Assembly (NCBI GenBank): GCA_048013815.1
Contig: CM106585.1
Span: 20,212,001 to 20,276,000, forward strand
Source: Setoptus koraiensis
Lineage: Eukaryota; Animalia; Arthropoda
Length of the DNA stretch: 64,000 nt
Direction of reading: 5' to 3'
Made by a program: the position numbers and the translations under genes
Part shown: in pieces, positions 33,547 to 47,600 of the stretch
Numbering within the stretch: position 1 is the stretch's first letter
How the letters are laid out: every line of letters starts with the position of its first letter
Notes under the pieces: generated by a model
What the model was told of the DNA's origin: nothing
What the model saw: the letters and a program-made list of their open reading frames with translations, nothing else
The model's database searches: none

Positions 33547-35430
33547 TCATTCGGACTCCGTTTCTTCCTCAAAATCCTCACTATCCTCGAACTCCAGACT
33601 ATCGTCATCACCCTCTGTTTCGTTTCCATCTTCCTCAGGTTCCCCGTTTTCGTCATTTTCGTCATCATCCTCATCTTCATCATCATCACCCTCTTCATTC
33701 ATGGAGATTTCCTCACCTTCCTCGTCATCACCCTCCTCATCCATCGAGGTTTCCTCATTTTCCGCATCATCTTCGCTTTCCTCCCCTCCTAAGCTTTCTT
33801 CATCTTTCACGTTGCCATTACTTTCTTCTTTGTTCACAACCTCAGTTTTCCTCTCTAACTTCGCAACAAAGAATCCATTAGTTAGGCAATCTTGATCAGA
33901 CCTGATGCATTTGGGCGCAAACTCATATTCACCATGACCTCGGTGGGGCCAGTAAGGAACAATTTCAGCCACCTGCCATCTTTGGCCGAACTTCGACTCA
34001 TCTAGGGACATCTTGATTACTTGCTCGTTTTCCTCGGTGGCTGTGGAACATGTGCTATAGACTATATTATCCGCATGACCATCGTCAATGGCGTGCACTA
34101 GTAGGGCTACTTGAAAAGCTTGCAGTTTCTTTAGTCGATCTATTGCCTCTGTTGATGATTTATAATCAGGCCTATTGTGTATTCCGGATCCGGAGCAACT
34201 GGGGTCGATTAAAATGGCGTCAAACTTTGCTTGTTTGTTACCATCTAAAAGTTTCTTTATTTTGACAGATGAGAAATCTTGACATGCCAGCTTAGCACAT
34301 CTAACACCTTGTATCTTCAATAGATGCTCAGCTGAGGCTAGACGTCCCTTGTTGAGGTCGAAAGCAAATATCTTTCCTTTGTTGTTCATTTTAGCAGCAA
34401 TGGCGGATGTCTTCATTCCAGGTGCACAGCAAGCATCTAGAATCGTCATGTCCGGTTTGACTTGCATCGCTTCGACAGCCAAAAAACTTGCCTTGTCTTG
34501 CATCACTATTTTACCCTTCTTTATAAGATCGGAAGATTTTATCTTTCTTACAGATGCCGATCTTACAAGGATGAGATCGTTGGGGAAATGGAAATCTAAC
34601 ATAAATTGATTGTCGGGCATTAATTTAAATTTGTTGCAAAACTTCTTAAATTTGATTTTTTCTTTGTCGTATACCAATTGTGTGAGGCCCAATGCCTTAA
34701 GATCGTGAACAACGCTAGAAATGGTCGACTTCAAAGTATTCACCCTGAGGTACTTAATATCCAGAGAGCCTGCATCGGATGATTGGTATTGAGAAGCCAA
34801 ACTATTATATTTCTTCTCGATGGCCGGTTTTTGGGCGAGTAATTTGGCGGCGTAAGTTGTTTGCGCTACCTCTTTGAGTCCTTTACCAAACAAGAGGTCT
34901 CCTACTATAATTTCCAATAGGAATGGGTTTATGTTGCTGTACAATTTCATCAATTTAAGTTCATGGATCAATTTCTTAATAACTGGTAAGTTTTTGACGG
35001 TGTTCATAACAAGAGCATAAATGTGCTTAACATTCTACGGAGATTAGGGGTAAAAATCGTTAACATAATTAGTTGGATGAAATGTTCATGCTTTACTTGA
35101 AGATAGAGTATATCGATTATCCTAAAGGAGAATTCTACTTACATAGCTTTTAAAATTCTTGACAACTATTGAACCGGCTGAACCTCCTTGCTCGCTCATC
35201 ATTTTCAAGCCATCGGCGGCAAGTGTATAAGTCTTGGGTAAATGCCCAACATCTTTGGCTTCTTTAGGTGGCTTTGCCTTTTTCACGGGAAGGGGTTTAG
35301 AAGTGAGCGATTTGTTGACTTCAGACCAATCCTTGCTCTTCATCTTTCCACCTTTCTTCTTCTTTTTGATGCCTCTCTTGTCTTTGTCAAGTGTGTGAAT
35401 TTTAGGCGTACGTCCGACTTTTTTCGCCAT
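33547..35430 (-). CDS. NSUN5: 28S rRNA m5C methyltransferase NSUN5/Rcm1; exons 35430-35143 and 35034-33547 (591 aa)
   Basis: Phase-0 intron TAT|GTAAGT...CGTAG|AAT restores YTLAADGL..GGSAGSIV..NVKHIYALV. Motifs YLRVNTLK, QDKASFL, LDACCAPGMKT, DPSCSGSG and VYSTCS..EENE. Confidence 0.9.
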
Positions 35431-36876
35431 TTTTATAAACTAGAATATTTCTGTGAAGGCCTCTGGGTGATAATTGAATAAATCAGAAAAAAGTTGGAAA
35501 GTTAGCCTATTCTCGAGACACGACATGTGGTTAGTGATTTTTCGTCATGTCGTGAGTGTACCAAAATTGAGTGAAGCACGTGTTTCTCACACGATATCGA
35601 GCGGCTAATTTGAAATGGTAAATGATTTGCGCTGGATATGTTAATGGAAAGTTCGTTAATGGTTCTCGGTGGGCTTGTCTACCACTGTATTTGTTATCAA
35701 ATGTAGACTGAATTTATCACGACCGGATCAATATTTGGTTACGATGCAACCAACGATTAATTGAATTGAAAAAACGGAACAGCCAACATGTAACAGGAAA
35801 ATTGCCAACATTATTGTTTGTTGATGAGTTGAATTTTTGAACTATTGGACAGATGTTGGAGGTTGCAAGTTTAGTAAGCTGTTTTGAATTCGACGAGATA
35901 TGCCGACCTTCCCAAAAGACCTATTGATTGTGTGATCAGAGCAATACAATCTCACCATCTTAGATTCTTTTTCGACTCGTGGGGGTAAACAAAATTCTAT
36001 GTTCATTCCCCAAGGAAGCATATATCACATTTCGTTCGCTGTGGACCGTATTGAAATCAGCATGACAAATCAAATACTTCCGTTTGAGGTGTGGACTGAG
36101 TTTGTCATTTTTCACTAGTCCACTCTTGTCTTGTTTGCTTCAGCATCAATTAAGATAGAGAATGCAATGTTTGTGGTTGTTCTCGAGGCTGATGAGACGC
36201 GAGTTCGTTTCCGCTAGCCAATGGAAACCATTTCGGACAATCGTCATCCTGCTTGAAAAAGTTTCCACTGGTCTGGTGACATGCCAATTGGCAGTTCGTT
36301 TTGGCGGGGGCGCACGCACAATACATAGTGTACGTAGGCGCAATTGTGTGCCGAGTAGATTATACCGGCATAATATCGTCTTGTGACACAAGCGAGTTTA
36401 TCGTGAGAGATTTAGCGAGATTAGTGCAGCTAAAAACGAATTATATTTCTAGATTTTTCGTCAACTTTTTTATTATTATTAATGTGGTGCGTTATCAAAA
36501 GAAATGAATCAAGACAAATTGTTTCCGCTAGCCATGCACACGTCGTTGGGTCGGGGGCGAGGGGGTGCATTGAGGCCCACGCTGCACGTTGGCGAGCGGT
36601 CAGGTTACAGCTAGCAAGCGCGGCAAGTGGATAGCGCGCGCCTCTCTGCGGCGCAACCGGGTTTGACGGGGGTGCGCGCGATCGCTAGGCGCCTGGCTGG
36701 CTGGTTGTCCGCCTAGCCAGGTTGCATAGACCCGTCTGACGTGTATTTGTGTGTGTGTGTGTGTGTGTGGGTGCATTTGGTGGGAACGACAGTGCAAACA
36801 CGACTATATGCTCACATATACTCTGAAATGTATATATATTCATATATATTCTCTGAAGCTTTGCTTACATACGCCA

Positions 36877-36927
36877 ACACACACACACACACACACACGC
36901 ACACTCACACACACACTCACACACACA

Positions 36928-36973
<46 letters not shown>
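36877..36973. repeat. (CA)n microsatellite, interrupted
   Basis: About 95 bp of CA repeats. Confidence 0.95.
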
Positions 36974-36975
<2 letters not shown>

Positions 36976-37283
36976 TATATATAACGTACGTATATATATG
37001 TACATACACACATACATATATGGCTAGTTTGACGTAAGTTTGTGTGACGTAATAAATGACCTTGAATTTTCGAGTTAGTAGGAGGCCAGGGCTCTCTCGC
37101 TGGCTGGCTCTCGCTTGCTGGCTCGCGCTCCCTTTCTCTATCACCGTTGATTCATACATTTTTTCCTCCTACGCTCCTACTTAAACTCACATTGAATTAG
37201 TTCATCATCTTAGACGGGCTCCTAAGCTCGCACACACACATCCGCCACCTCTATTTGTATGTTTACTTTCCAGCTAGCTAACT

Positions 37284-37348
37284 GGCTCGCTCGTTGTGGG
37301 CTCGCTCGTTGTGGGGCTCGCTCGTTGTGGGGGCTTGCTCGTTGTAGG
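37284..37348. repeat. GCTCGCTCGTTGTG(G)n tandem repeat, 4 copies
   Basis: The G run joining successive copies grows 3, 4, 5. Confidence 0.85.
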
Positions 37349-39110
37349 CTGGCTTGGTGGCTCACTCGTGGGCCGGCTCTGGCTGACAAGCTGGCAAGCG
37401 ACAGACTGGGGAGCGAACAGACAGCGCAGCACAGCACAACCAGCCGAATAGAGAGCCAGCCAACAACCAGATAGGCATATAGAAGAGGTAGATTTAGTCT
37501 GGCCGGTTAGTGGGGCCGGCCAGCATGTTCTCTTGTTACTGTTGATGCTAAAGCGTGAGCAATTTCGTTGGTAGGTGGGAGCACGTCAGTTGTCGGGTAC
37601 ATGGGCACACAACAACATGCGCAGTTATTAGTGATGAAACTGGAGTACCTATTGCTGCAGCAACCAGCCGTGCCAGTTACGCTGCTGCTAGTAGCTGGCT
37701 GTGTGGGCTGTGGGCACACCGGTGCAACTGTCTGAATGGTCTGACAGACAGAGGGGGCGGGGGTCGGCGGGCGGGCGGGTTACGTACCTAGGTTACGTGT
37801 CGAAAGATATGCTCACCAAACATAGAGAGACACACAGAGATGAACTGACTGAGATTCACAATAGTCCAATTCGCAATATGACGTCATACTTGTCTTTAAT
37901 TTGAGCCACTGTTGTCGTGCGTGGACAAAAAGAGCGCCTAATGAAAGGAAAAACATTTATTATTACTATTGTTTATTTTACAAATACATATGTATACCTG
38001 AGCATATTCATATATATATGGTACGCAACACATCTATGATATATTGTATAGTGTGTGACGTGCATAATTAGGTTTTGCATCATTATATCCATTGATGACT
38101 GGATGCGATACATTCGCCTAGACGCTCTCTATCATGGGCGTTTTTTCTCTTTCTCTGCGCTCCCATACATGGTGACATACATGTATTGGCGCCGCTCGAG
38201 TCGGCGGGCCGCTTATTTTTTATCGCTCCAGCCGCTGGAGTCCAGCGTCGTCAGGTATAGATCGCTATACAATCTCTCGCAAAGTGCTAATCACATAGCG
38301 ACTTTTAAAGTCTTCTCGCGCTGCTGCTGCTGCTGCATGCAAAATGTGATTTCAATTGTTCCAGTTCAACGCGCGACCAATGTAACGCAATTTGTGCCAC
38401 ACACACTGACCAGGCCGATTTCATCAATTTGAGCGCGTGAGTTCATGCGCTTAATCAGCGTCAGCTGCCCTTGCCATGGGTCAAGTGGCGCGTTATGTCA
38501 TTCAACTGATGTTGCGCAACAACAATGGCCAAAATAACTACATCACCGCCGACGACAACAATAATAAAACACGCACAATTCACGGGGGACATGCTTATTC
38601 ATAGATTTCAATCGCATTTGTTGTGCCCGTTGTTACTCCCACACACTTGCTCGTTGTGTCGTAAACAAGTATACAATTATCAGCAATGCTGCTGGTGTCT
38701 CTGCGGACGCCCGCCCGTGTCGAACCCACGCTGCCACTGGCATCATCGTCAACCGGCTCCCCCGCCGTCATTGGCGCTAACAACTCGTGCCGGCAACTCG
38801 CGCAACGTGCCGCTGGGAGCTTACACTTTTTGCCGCCTCTTTCCGTGCAGACTCAAACTGCTATTGCCGATTGCGGTTTGAGTCTCAGCGACACAAAGGC
38901 AAAGAAGGATTTATATCGGGCCAAAAGTGCTCGGTGTTGCACCCGACACTTTTTGTCACATTTGCCGGCCCCGTTTTCGATGGCCGCTCGTCTCGCCGGC
39001 GTTTATGTCGCCGCTTAGCATTATTGTATTGAACAACTATTGAGTGCACATCTCAAGCAACAGATCATCGCTAATTAACTGGCGGGCACCGACGCAGTGC
39101 ACGCAGCCGG

Positions 39111-39187
39111 CGACTAGACAGCCATTATGCTACGATTATACGCCGGCCAGACAGCCATTATCCGGCGATTATACGCCGACTAGACAG
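39111..39187. repeat. 33-bp tandem duplication (about 2.3 copies)
   Basis: AGACAGCCATTAT...GATTATACGCCG starts at 39116 and 39149; AGACAG recurs at 39182. Confidence 0.8.
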
Positions 39188-40017
39188 TGACTGCACACAG
39201 ACTGCACAGTGGGTCCGGCGATATCACCAGGCCGGTCGGCCGGCTAAATCCTCTGCGCTCGCCGGGTAACTCGTGCTCGGCAGCAAAGCCAAGACCACGG
39301 CAGCCGTAGCCAGCGCAGTCCCTTCATTACGGGCCCACGGATAAGAAATAAAATGTTGCCCGGCGATAAAATTCCCCCAGAACACCGAGCTGTGCGCCGC
39401 TCCGTGGCCCAACAACAATCAAAGTGTCACGTGAAAGATACATTGCCCGGCTCTGCCCGTGCAACCGGCCACAAAATATACTATAATATAATGAGATAGG
39501 CAAACGTGGATTTGTGAATGAATTTTAGCCCCAACATTGGTACAGTTGTTCAGTTGCCAGCGAAACAGTTAGATTACTGCTGGCGCGTGTATCATTAGGC
39601 TGAGGCCAGGTAGCCTGAGCACTATGGTCGCAACACTATAGCGGGTACATATAGCGAAGCACTGGTCGTCGTCGGCGTCGTCGGCGCCGGTGTTTGCATA
39701 GCAGGCTGGCTAGACGGGAGTAGTAGTGGGAGTTGGCGAGCTAACTAGATAAACTCGTTTTGTGTGTGCGTGTGTGTGAGTGTGTTTGCGTGCGCGTGTG
39801 TGTGTGTGTGCCTTTTAATATATACCCCCCACTAAATTTAGTGGTACTGGGTACGTTTGGTGTGGGAGACACGGAGCTCGAGCCAGCGAGCTGCAGGAGA
39901 GGCACAGAGTTGCATAACCTTGAAATATACATTTCACTTCATGCTTTCTTGCGCCGTCTCACTGGCGCCAAACCGGCCAACATGTAGCGAGGCCGCTCTA
40001 TTTGGATATTTTGCAGC

Positions 40018-40061
<44 letters not shown>

Positions 40062-40120
40062 GCTGTCGTTGTTGTTGCTGTTGTTGCTGTTGTTGCTGTT
40101 GTTGTTGTTGTTGTCGTCGT
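40018..40120. repeat. (TTG)n/(CAA)n trinucleotide repeat
   Basis: Long GTT run with GCT interruptions. Confidence 0.95.
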
Positions 40121-43100
40121 TGGTGCCGATACACGCAGCTTGAGGAACCAGCTCTCGGCACTCTGGTTGCTCGTTACCACCAACGCCGCCACCGCCACCT
40201 CCACCTCCAACTCTACCGCCATCTCTTCTCGACCATGATGGTGATACTATTTTTAACGCCCCTCTAATGTGTGCGTGTGCGTGTGTATGTTTGTGCCAGT
40301 GTGCATGTGCATGTATATAAATTATTACATAATAGCAGCAACACCACGAGTTGTGTGCCGCTAAATAGATGATGGTATTACGCATGACCATAAGCAGATG
40401 ACAGACGAGATTGCTCAATTGTTTGCTATAAGCGTACCTCTCTCAATTGAGACGGCTATAAGTTGTTGACGAAAGTGAGTTTGGCAAGTTTGTTGGCCCG
40501 TTGTAGTTATAAATGCTGTTGCGCCGACTGCAACAACAGCAAGTTTTAGTTTTATCAATTGTACAAATCAGTCCAAACAAGTGTTTGGCGCTACAAGAAA
40601 AAGAACAAGTTGTCATTTTTATTATTATTATTGTTCCATATCACATAGAGAAAGTCGCCCACTTCTTGCATTCATACATACACATTGTCGCTAGCGAGCG
40701 ACGCAAAATAATGGTGATATAAGACAAAGTATGAGAGACACACACAACATTGTCGCGCGCTATGTCATTCGCCTTCCGGCCGGCAAACTAGTCGCAACAA
40801 CAACAACAGCGTCATGTACAATGGGTATTGTCTGATTAATACCATCGATAATACACACACACATAAGTCTCAAGTATGATGCTTTAGCAAACCAATTTGT
40901 TAGTTAGTTAATTAGTCAGATTATTAGCCAGTATGAACTCCGCCAAACGAATGCCTTCCACATACACGCTCGCAAGAGACGATGATGTCTCCTCCGACTG
41001 TCTCTAATGATAATATCGCTTTTTAACCAGCCAGCTAAAGTCAAGCTAACTATCCAAATTTTCAAAGGAACTAACTCGTGTCAAACGACAACTCGCGCCA
41101 ATTATATAATATGCGAACGTAATCGACATAATCATGATGATCCTTGCGAATAATGTTCATGTCGGTTGAGTTTTTTTTCTCAAAACAAGACCGGAAAGTT
41201 ATAATAGTCAATAGTAATTCCACGTCCACCATCTTTACTGCCGATCGTGTTCCAAGAAACAACAGCCACCGGACATGAATTTTCAGGTGAGTGCCAATAG
41301 TTATCATTATTATTACATAGTTACTATCTCTCAGCAATGTAGCAAGAGTGCTATTGTGCAACACCGCGCGCAAAAACTTGTGGCATTTTCCCATAATACA
41401 AAGCGTTGGAGTAAGAATCACACATTGATGTTCGGTCCTATATCACGCAGCACTGATTGTCGTTGGCTGCAGTATTGCTGCCAGCTTAATCGATGACACT
41501 GCAGCAAAAGTTTTTTTTAAACCGGATCTCTATAAATACTCTGCAAGCAAACAAACATCACGGCGTCGTTATTGTGCGAGGGTCTTGATTATTGTGCGAG
41601 ACATGGCAACATAAGCATGTGAGAATTTGTTTGCATTCGCAGTGATGTCATTAGTGTTTCTCTGTCCTCTCTCCCCTATTTTATCCCTGTCGAGCTACAC
41701 AAACAAATAACAAGTGTGTATATAAATACCATATTTATATATAAACGGTGATGGTAGCTGTTGTAGCTGTTTATAAGCAATTGTCAACAACACTTACATC
41801 AGACAGGACATTTTTGTGTTCCAGCCTGGAACTTTCCCCCCCATCCGGCTCACCTGATCTTTCTATGCCCGATGTGGCCGGAATCTGACGTTATACTTGA
41901 TTGATACAACAATAAGTGAAAGCTACTGCCTAATCCTACCGCCGACTTAATCCCGCTCTCTAGAAGCCATCTTGGTGTTTGCATGGTGCTATTATTAATT
42001 AGTGGTGGTAGTTCAATTAGTGCTGTCTACTGGACGCTTGCTTCTGGCATAAACCAGTACCGTTTATTGCTCTGCTGTGACGTCAGCATAATCGTCCGAC
42101 ATGGTCTCTTGATTCGTTTAGACGGCTATTGCTATAAACGGCCAGTCCGTCATTATCTGAATACGAGCGAACAACAGACGGGCTTGGGCGCGATTAAAAT
42201 TAAAGAACTTTCGCTTCGAACTTTATCATGATTGTTAATGATGAGAATGTGGATGCTTAATGTGTTGTGTGTGTGTGTGTGCGTGTGTGTGTTCGTGCGC
42301 GCGCGAACAATTCTATAAAAACTCATCTGGGCACCTCAGACATTTGCCACATTAACAGTTACATCGATTTGGTGCCCGAAGAATAATGGAACCGCTCACG
42401 ATGTCTCTTAGAACATCTAGACTTAACGCGCGTTACGTGTGTTTGTATTATAATTCCGAATCAATTGATTGGTGCACACAAACGATTGAAAATTCTATTT
42501 GTGGCTTAATAATGCAGCGCCAAACAGGTGCGGGTTATTTTTACTTTCCGCTTGACATTCTCATACATAGGCCGCCAGAAACTGGATATAAACACACAGA
42601 TTATTATGCCTTTGCATATCATGTGAGCGAGCACTATTTGATGTAGTTGGCTCGGTGTGTCGGTCGGTTTGTTGGCGTGAGCATTGAGGTTTGCTAGTCA
42701 ATTGATCAATTGATGACTGGAAACCCTGGCGACTTTTGTTCGTCTTGTTTTGTTGTGTTTGTTATATGTATGTGTGTTGTTGTGTTTGTATTATTATTAT
42801 TGCTAATATTGCATGTAGCAGAACGAACATGATGATGGTATGGATCCGATGGCAGTTATTGGTGATAGTTTGCAGTATATCACTTGTTGTCTGTGGTGTG
42901 CGTGTGCGCTAATGGAGAGATATCCATCCATGAGAATTATAATTTTTGTTATTGCTGCCTATCTTGTCCTTCTTTTCTCATTGGCTCTTGTGAATACTAT
43001 ACTCTTGTGAGCACGGCGAATACACAGTGTACACATACATTCGCATACATTGTGAATTACACACTCAGGCGACCGGCACAAAGGCAATTAATTTTGAACT

Positions 43101-44520
43101 CTTTTGAATTTGATTATTGATTACGACGGGCTTGCATTCTAGGGCTATTATCGCCATCGTTGTACAAATCATATTTTGCATTCTGTTCGAGCGTGCAGCG
43201 TCCAATGCATAGGTGCAGTCCAGGCTCCCTTTTCCATAATTTACATGATAATACCGATAATATTTGTGTGTGTCTCGGGGAAATTAAACGCAACAAATAA
43301 ATAATAATAAATAAATGATAATGATGAGACAGGAATAAATTCTTCTTATTCTCCTTCTGCAAATTGCCGATATCACCCGTTGGCAGCACCAACGCTAGTC
43401 ACATCCAGCGTGAAGCCGGTCTGGTTCGGTTCGCTCTTCCTTCCCCCACCCCGAAAGCGTTGCCAACTTTGTGCAACTCACGCTCAATACTATTGAGTCA
43501 GTGGTGTACCAATGGGAACAGACAGACAAAAGAATTGATAATCCCGCAAAATGTGCACTTGTGTGAACAGGATTGAGCTTGCGAACGAGTGCAGCCACTT
43601 GCAGCCACTTGCAGCGCCACTGGTGCACCACTAACTAGCAAATTATGGTAATGTTTCAATGATACACCTAATGCGCTAATTGTGGGCTCATGATGTGCAT
43701 CGCTGCTGCTTGTGTCACGGCCAAAGTGGCGGTGATGCAGTGGCTGTTGCATTATGCGCTTAACCGTTTGCCCAGCGACAAGCTCGCACGCTGCGCGCGA
43801 TTCGCAGCCCACTCTCGGTAAACTTGTCGGCTAGGGGCGCCCCATTCGCGCGCGCGCGCGCCAAAATCATCACTGTGTGCAACGTGCGAGCCCGAATTCT
43901 ATTCTCTCCAGCCATATAGTTACAGAACAATCAACAGTGTTCGGTTTGCTCTCACACGGTTTGTCAGCCACGCTCAAACAAGAAGCCCAAATATGCGGAG
44001 TTTTATTTAGCCATTTCAACTAGCTAGGCCGCTTTTATCGAAGACACATATAAAAGTCAAAATATAAGCATAATGAGTCAATATAAGTATATATAAGTCA
44101 AGTAAGGTGTATATATAGTCGCGCACGGTAATGGGTACGCAAATAGCCAAGTTGGCACAGCGGTGGGTCGAGATGCAACTCGCTGCCTCCCCCGAACCGA
44201 GTCGTGTTCGGGGGAAGAACCGGAGCGCGCATTTTGCAATAAAAATTCGAGCGCACGTAACACGAGCAATGCTGCTGCATTGTGCTGCGTGCGCAGACGC
44301 GCCTTCTCGGCGCCGGAATCGGCCGAGTTGTGTCATCTGTTGTTGTCTTGTACTACGAAGGGAGCTATTAATAATATTCTATTAGTTATTCTCGCTAATC
44401 TAGCCGACTATAATTAGCCGACCCGTGGACGCGGTGAACATTCGATAGTTCTTTTCGAGCCTTCTTTTTCCGTCGATTCCAGTCGATTTTGTTCAGATTT
44501 GCAAACAAACACAGCAACCA

Positions 44521-44602
44521 GACACACAACAAGAACAACCGCCGCACAACAAGAATAACCGCCGCACAACAAGAATAACCGCCGCACAACAAGAATAACC
44601 GC
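44521..44602. repeat. 20-bp tandem repeat GCCGCACAACAAGAATAACC, 4 copies
   Basis: Three identical copies and one degenerate copy, directly abutting. Confidence 0.92.
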
Positions 44603-47600
44603 TTCGCTCTCACCAACCAAGATGGGCCGGCTTCAAATTTGGATTTTGCACAACCGCTTTGTGCCGCTTTAAAACTGGCTCCCCCGATCTCCCACGGTGT
44701 CGGATCTCTGAAACTGGCCAGCGCAGCCACTTGGCACCTGTCCTGCGGGGGACACCACAGCTGATTTTGGCGTAGGGAACCGATTGATCGGCATTCGAAT
44801 AGATCTTGCTGATGCAAAGGGTCTGCGGAGGGTCTGTGAAGGTTCTTTCTCTTCGCCGAGGCTTCGCAACCATTTACGACTACACACGATTGGGCCAAGA
44901 GATCTCTATGGAAACCTGCGTCTCGTTGTTCGCCGCGATAGATGGCAACAACGAAAATTGTATCTGTCAGGACCATTAGCTAACTACATCAAGTTGTGCT
45001 TGCTCACAAGATATGCAAAGGCACAACAATAATAATAATCTGTCTCTCTTCTCATGGAGAAGCTATAATTTATTACGATGTATTATAGCTTGCCATGTTG
45101 TTGTTCCCGGGACTGTTGCGAGACCGAGCCAATGCTCACAGTTGTCTCTCATCGCAATGCCAACCAATCACACCAATACCTTTTCCGATCGGGCTGTTTG
45201 CGCGTACCGCTTGTAAGAAGCCATTAAATCAGTAGTTGCTGGCTCGCCGTGATCGCTCGCAACCGCAGACACACATCAAATTTTCAGACAAATTATTAGC
45301 AACATACGTAATGACTTCTGATATTTCATTACGATGTGTGCGCTATCATCACAGACATAACTATCAGAATGGAATTGCATCATTATTTTTTTGATAGCCC
45401 CCGCTTCTAGTTATAACTCGACTGACAATGTGAATTGAATCATCTGTGTGTACTGGTGAGAGGACACACACACACACTCAAACTAGCTAGCTACTAATAA
45501 ATACCCGCACAAGGGGTTTCGAAATCCAATCTTGAACAACAACAATCCATATTGTCGGCGTAGTTGGCCACTACAGAGCCTGACAATCATGTAGAGTTGT
45601 TGCGAAGAGGAACCACGGTGTTGGTTACTCTCGCGTTCTCTGCTTTTGGGGTCCAAACGAGAGAAACGAGGCCGTTCTCACATACTCAAGCCGGCTCGTG
45701 ACAGTCTTCCTTATCTGCCCCCCCCCCTCTCTTCACTCGCTCTGCATCCAACTGAGGCATCCAACTAAAACTAGAAACTAGCTAGCTAGAAACATGCCAA
45801 CAATCACTATTGCCCAACATGATTCTGCCCGTCCAATTGGCTGCATGCGAATGAGGTGAGAATGAAAAATATCTCCGATATTGAATTACAAAAAAGGTCT
45901 TGGGAGATGGAGATGATAATCATTGTTTTTGCATGCGCATGCATAGCGAGAGCGCTTGTCGAGATGCTAATTGATTGAAAGCGGTACCTTGAGAATTGTT
46001 TTTTTCCATGAATATTGATTTCACATCAATTATCGGCTCACATACAATTCATGTCAGATTGCTAGACACAACAACTACGTATGACATATATCATGTCGGA
46101 AGCCAACAACACAAATCTTGTTATCACCGCAATTATTATCATTATAATCATCGAAATGATCATTATCACGAATACATTGGCGGGATGAGCAGGCAACTTT
46201 TGCCTTGCAGCCTAAGACATTGGCAGATTTGCACACGGTACACAAATACACACACTGATTTGATTACTGTTTGCAACAGAACCGACTGACAACCAAACTA
46301 TGGTCTTTGAAAATTTACGAGAATCGAATCAATAAACAATCACTGTAATTGCACTTGATGCAATCTAGAATAAGAATTTCCGCTTAAGTCACTAGTACGA
46401 GTGTTCCAATGTGACGAGTGTTTGTGTGTGATGGACCAAGGATCATTTTGAACATACCTGAGCCTGATGCTATCACGACGAATGGCTCATCTTGCAAAAA
46501 CTTGACGGAATATCGTGAATAGCTACTGTATTCCGGTTGTATTTGTATAGATATAGAAGCCAATTATAGAAAATTGGTTAAATAATTAACTGGGCTGTCT
46601 ATTTAGCGTCCGATATGCAACAGCAGATATCAGCTGAGAATGGTCTCATTTCATAATTATACCCTGAGCTCATCTCATACTGACGCTGGCACCCTGTAAA
46701 ATGATGCGGGCGCTCGGGACAGATCACCAAGTGCGTCGGTTTCATCTCCATTGTTTATACCAAACTTAGTTGAGATTTTCTCCACAGAGCTTCTTCTCCT
46801 CAAACAGATATGAACGAGCGAAAGCAACTCCCGAAAGCATCTAGACAGATATGTATCTGACTGGGGGGACTTGGATGTTATTTTTGACAAACTTCCTCCA
46901 TCTGAAGTATTGTTTATGCTTGTGCTGTATCGGGCGAGTGCCGTAGGCAGCTCAACAGCAAGCGCATCAGTGCTTGTTATAGAAGTGAATCATTCAACGA
47001 GAGAAAAAGAGAAAGTAAACACTCATTAGGCAGACGTGATTTTATAATTAGGTAATCGCGAGCATATAGTGATTGAGTCAAGTAAACTCACGAGCTCAAC
47101 TTGATTCAAGGATCACCACCTTATAACTATTGACAATCATACAAACAACATGAGCCGCGCGACAGGCGACAGGGCAACAATAGCAGCAGCAGCAGCAACA
47201 ATAAATAGACTGCGATCATTAGAAAATCAAGTTTATCTCTTGTTGAGTGTTCCCGCTTTTTCAAGCCCCTTCCTCCTGGCAATCGGCACATGCTGTCAGC
47301 TTTGAATGTATTCATTCGATTTTAAATCGATTGACTTGTGCCACCAGAACTAACTGAAATAGCTATTTGGGCTGAAATTTTCACAATTAGATTCACCAAG
47401 GTGTCTCATTCAACCGACAACGCACACCGACATAAACACTTGCTCGTTGGGATGAATTCTTCTCTGGTTGTTGTAGTATGTAATGCTTTACAACAGAATT
47501 TGAATCAAACAGTCCATAAGTTGTGGCTGTATGTGTGCCGAAACGTGATTGTGTGATGAAGTTGTTCTATCAGCTAGCTTAGAGGAAACAAACATCTATC

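Noticed and set aside
35122-35430. Stand-alone 102-aa basic protein
   Set aside because: It is exon 1 of NSUN5; the splice restores the conserved N-terminal motif.
35600-36420. Coding-looking fragments upstream of NSUN5
   Set aside because: All frames I translated are broken every 30-80 codons and nothing is recognisable; possibly a decayed gene but unsupported.
44521-44602. CRISPR-like array
   Set aside because: The repeats abut with no spacers, there are no cas genes and the context is eukaryotic; it is a minisatellite.
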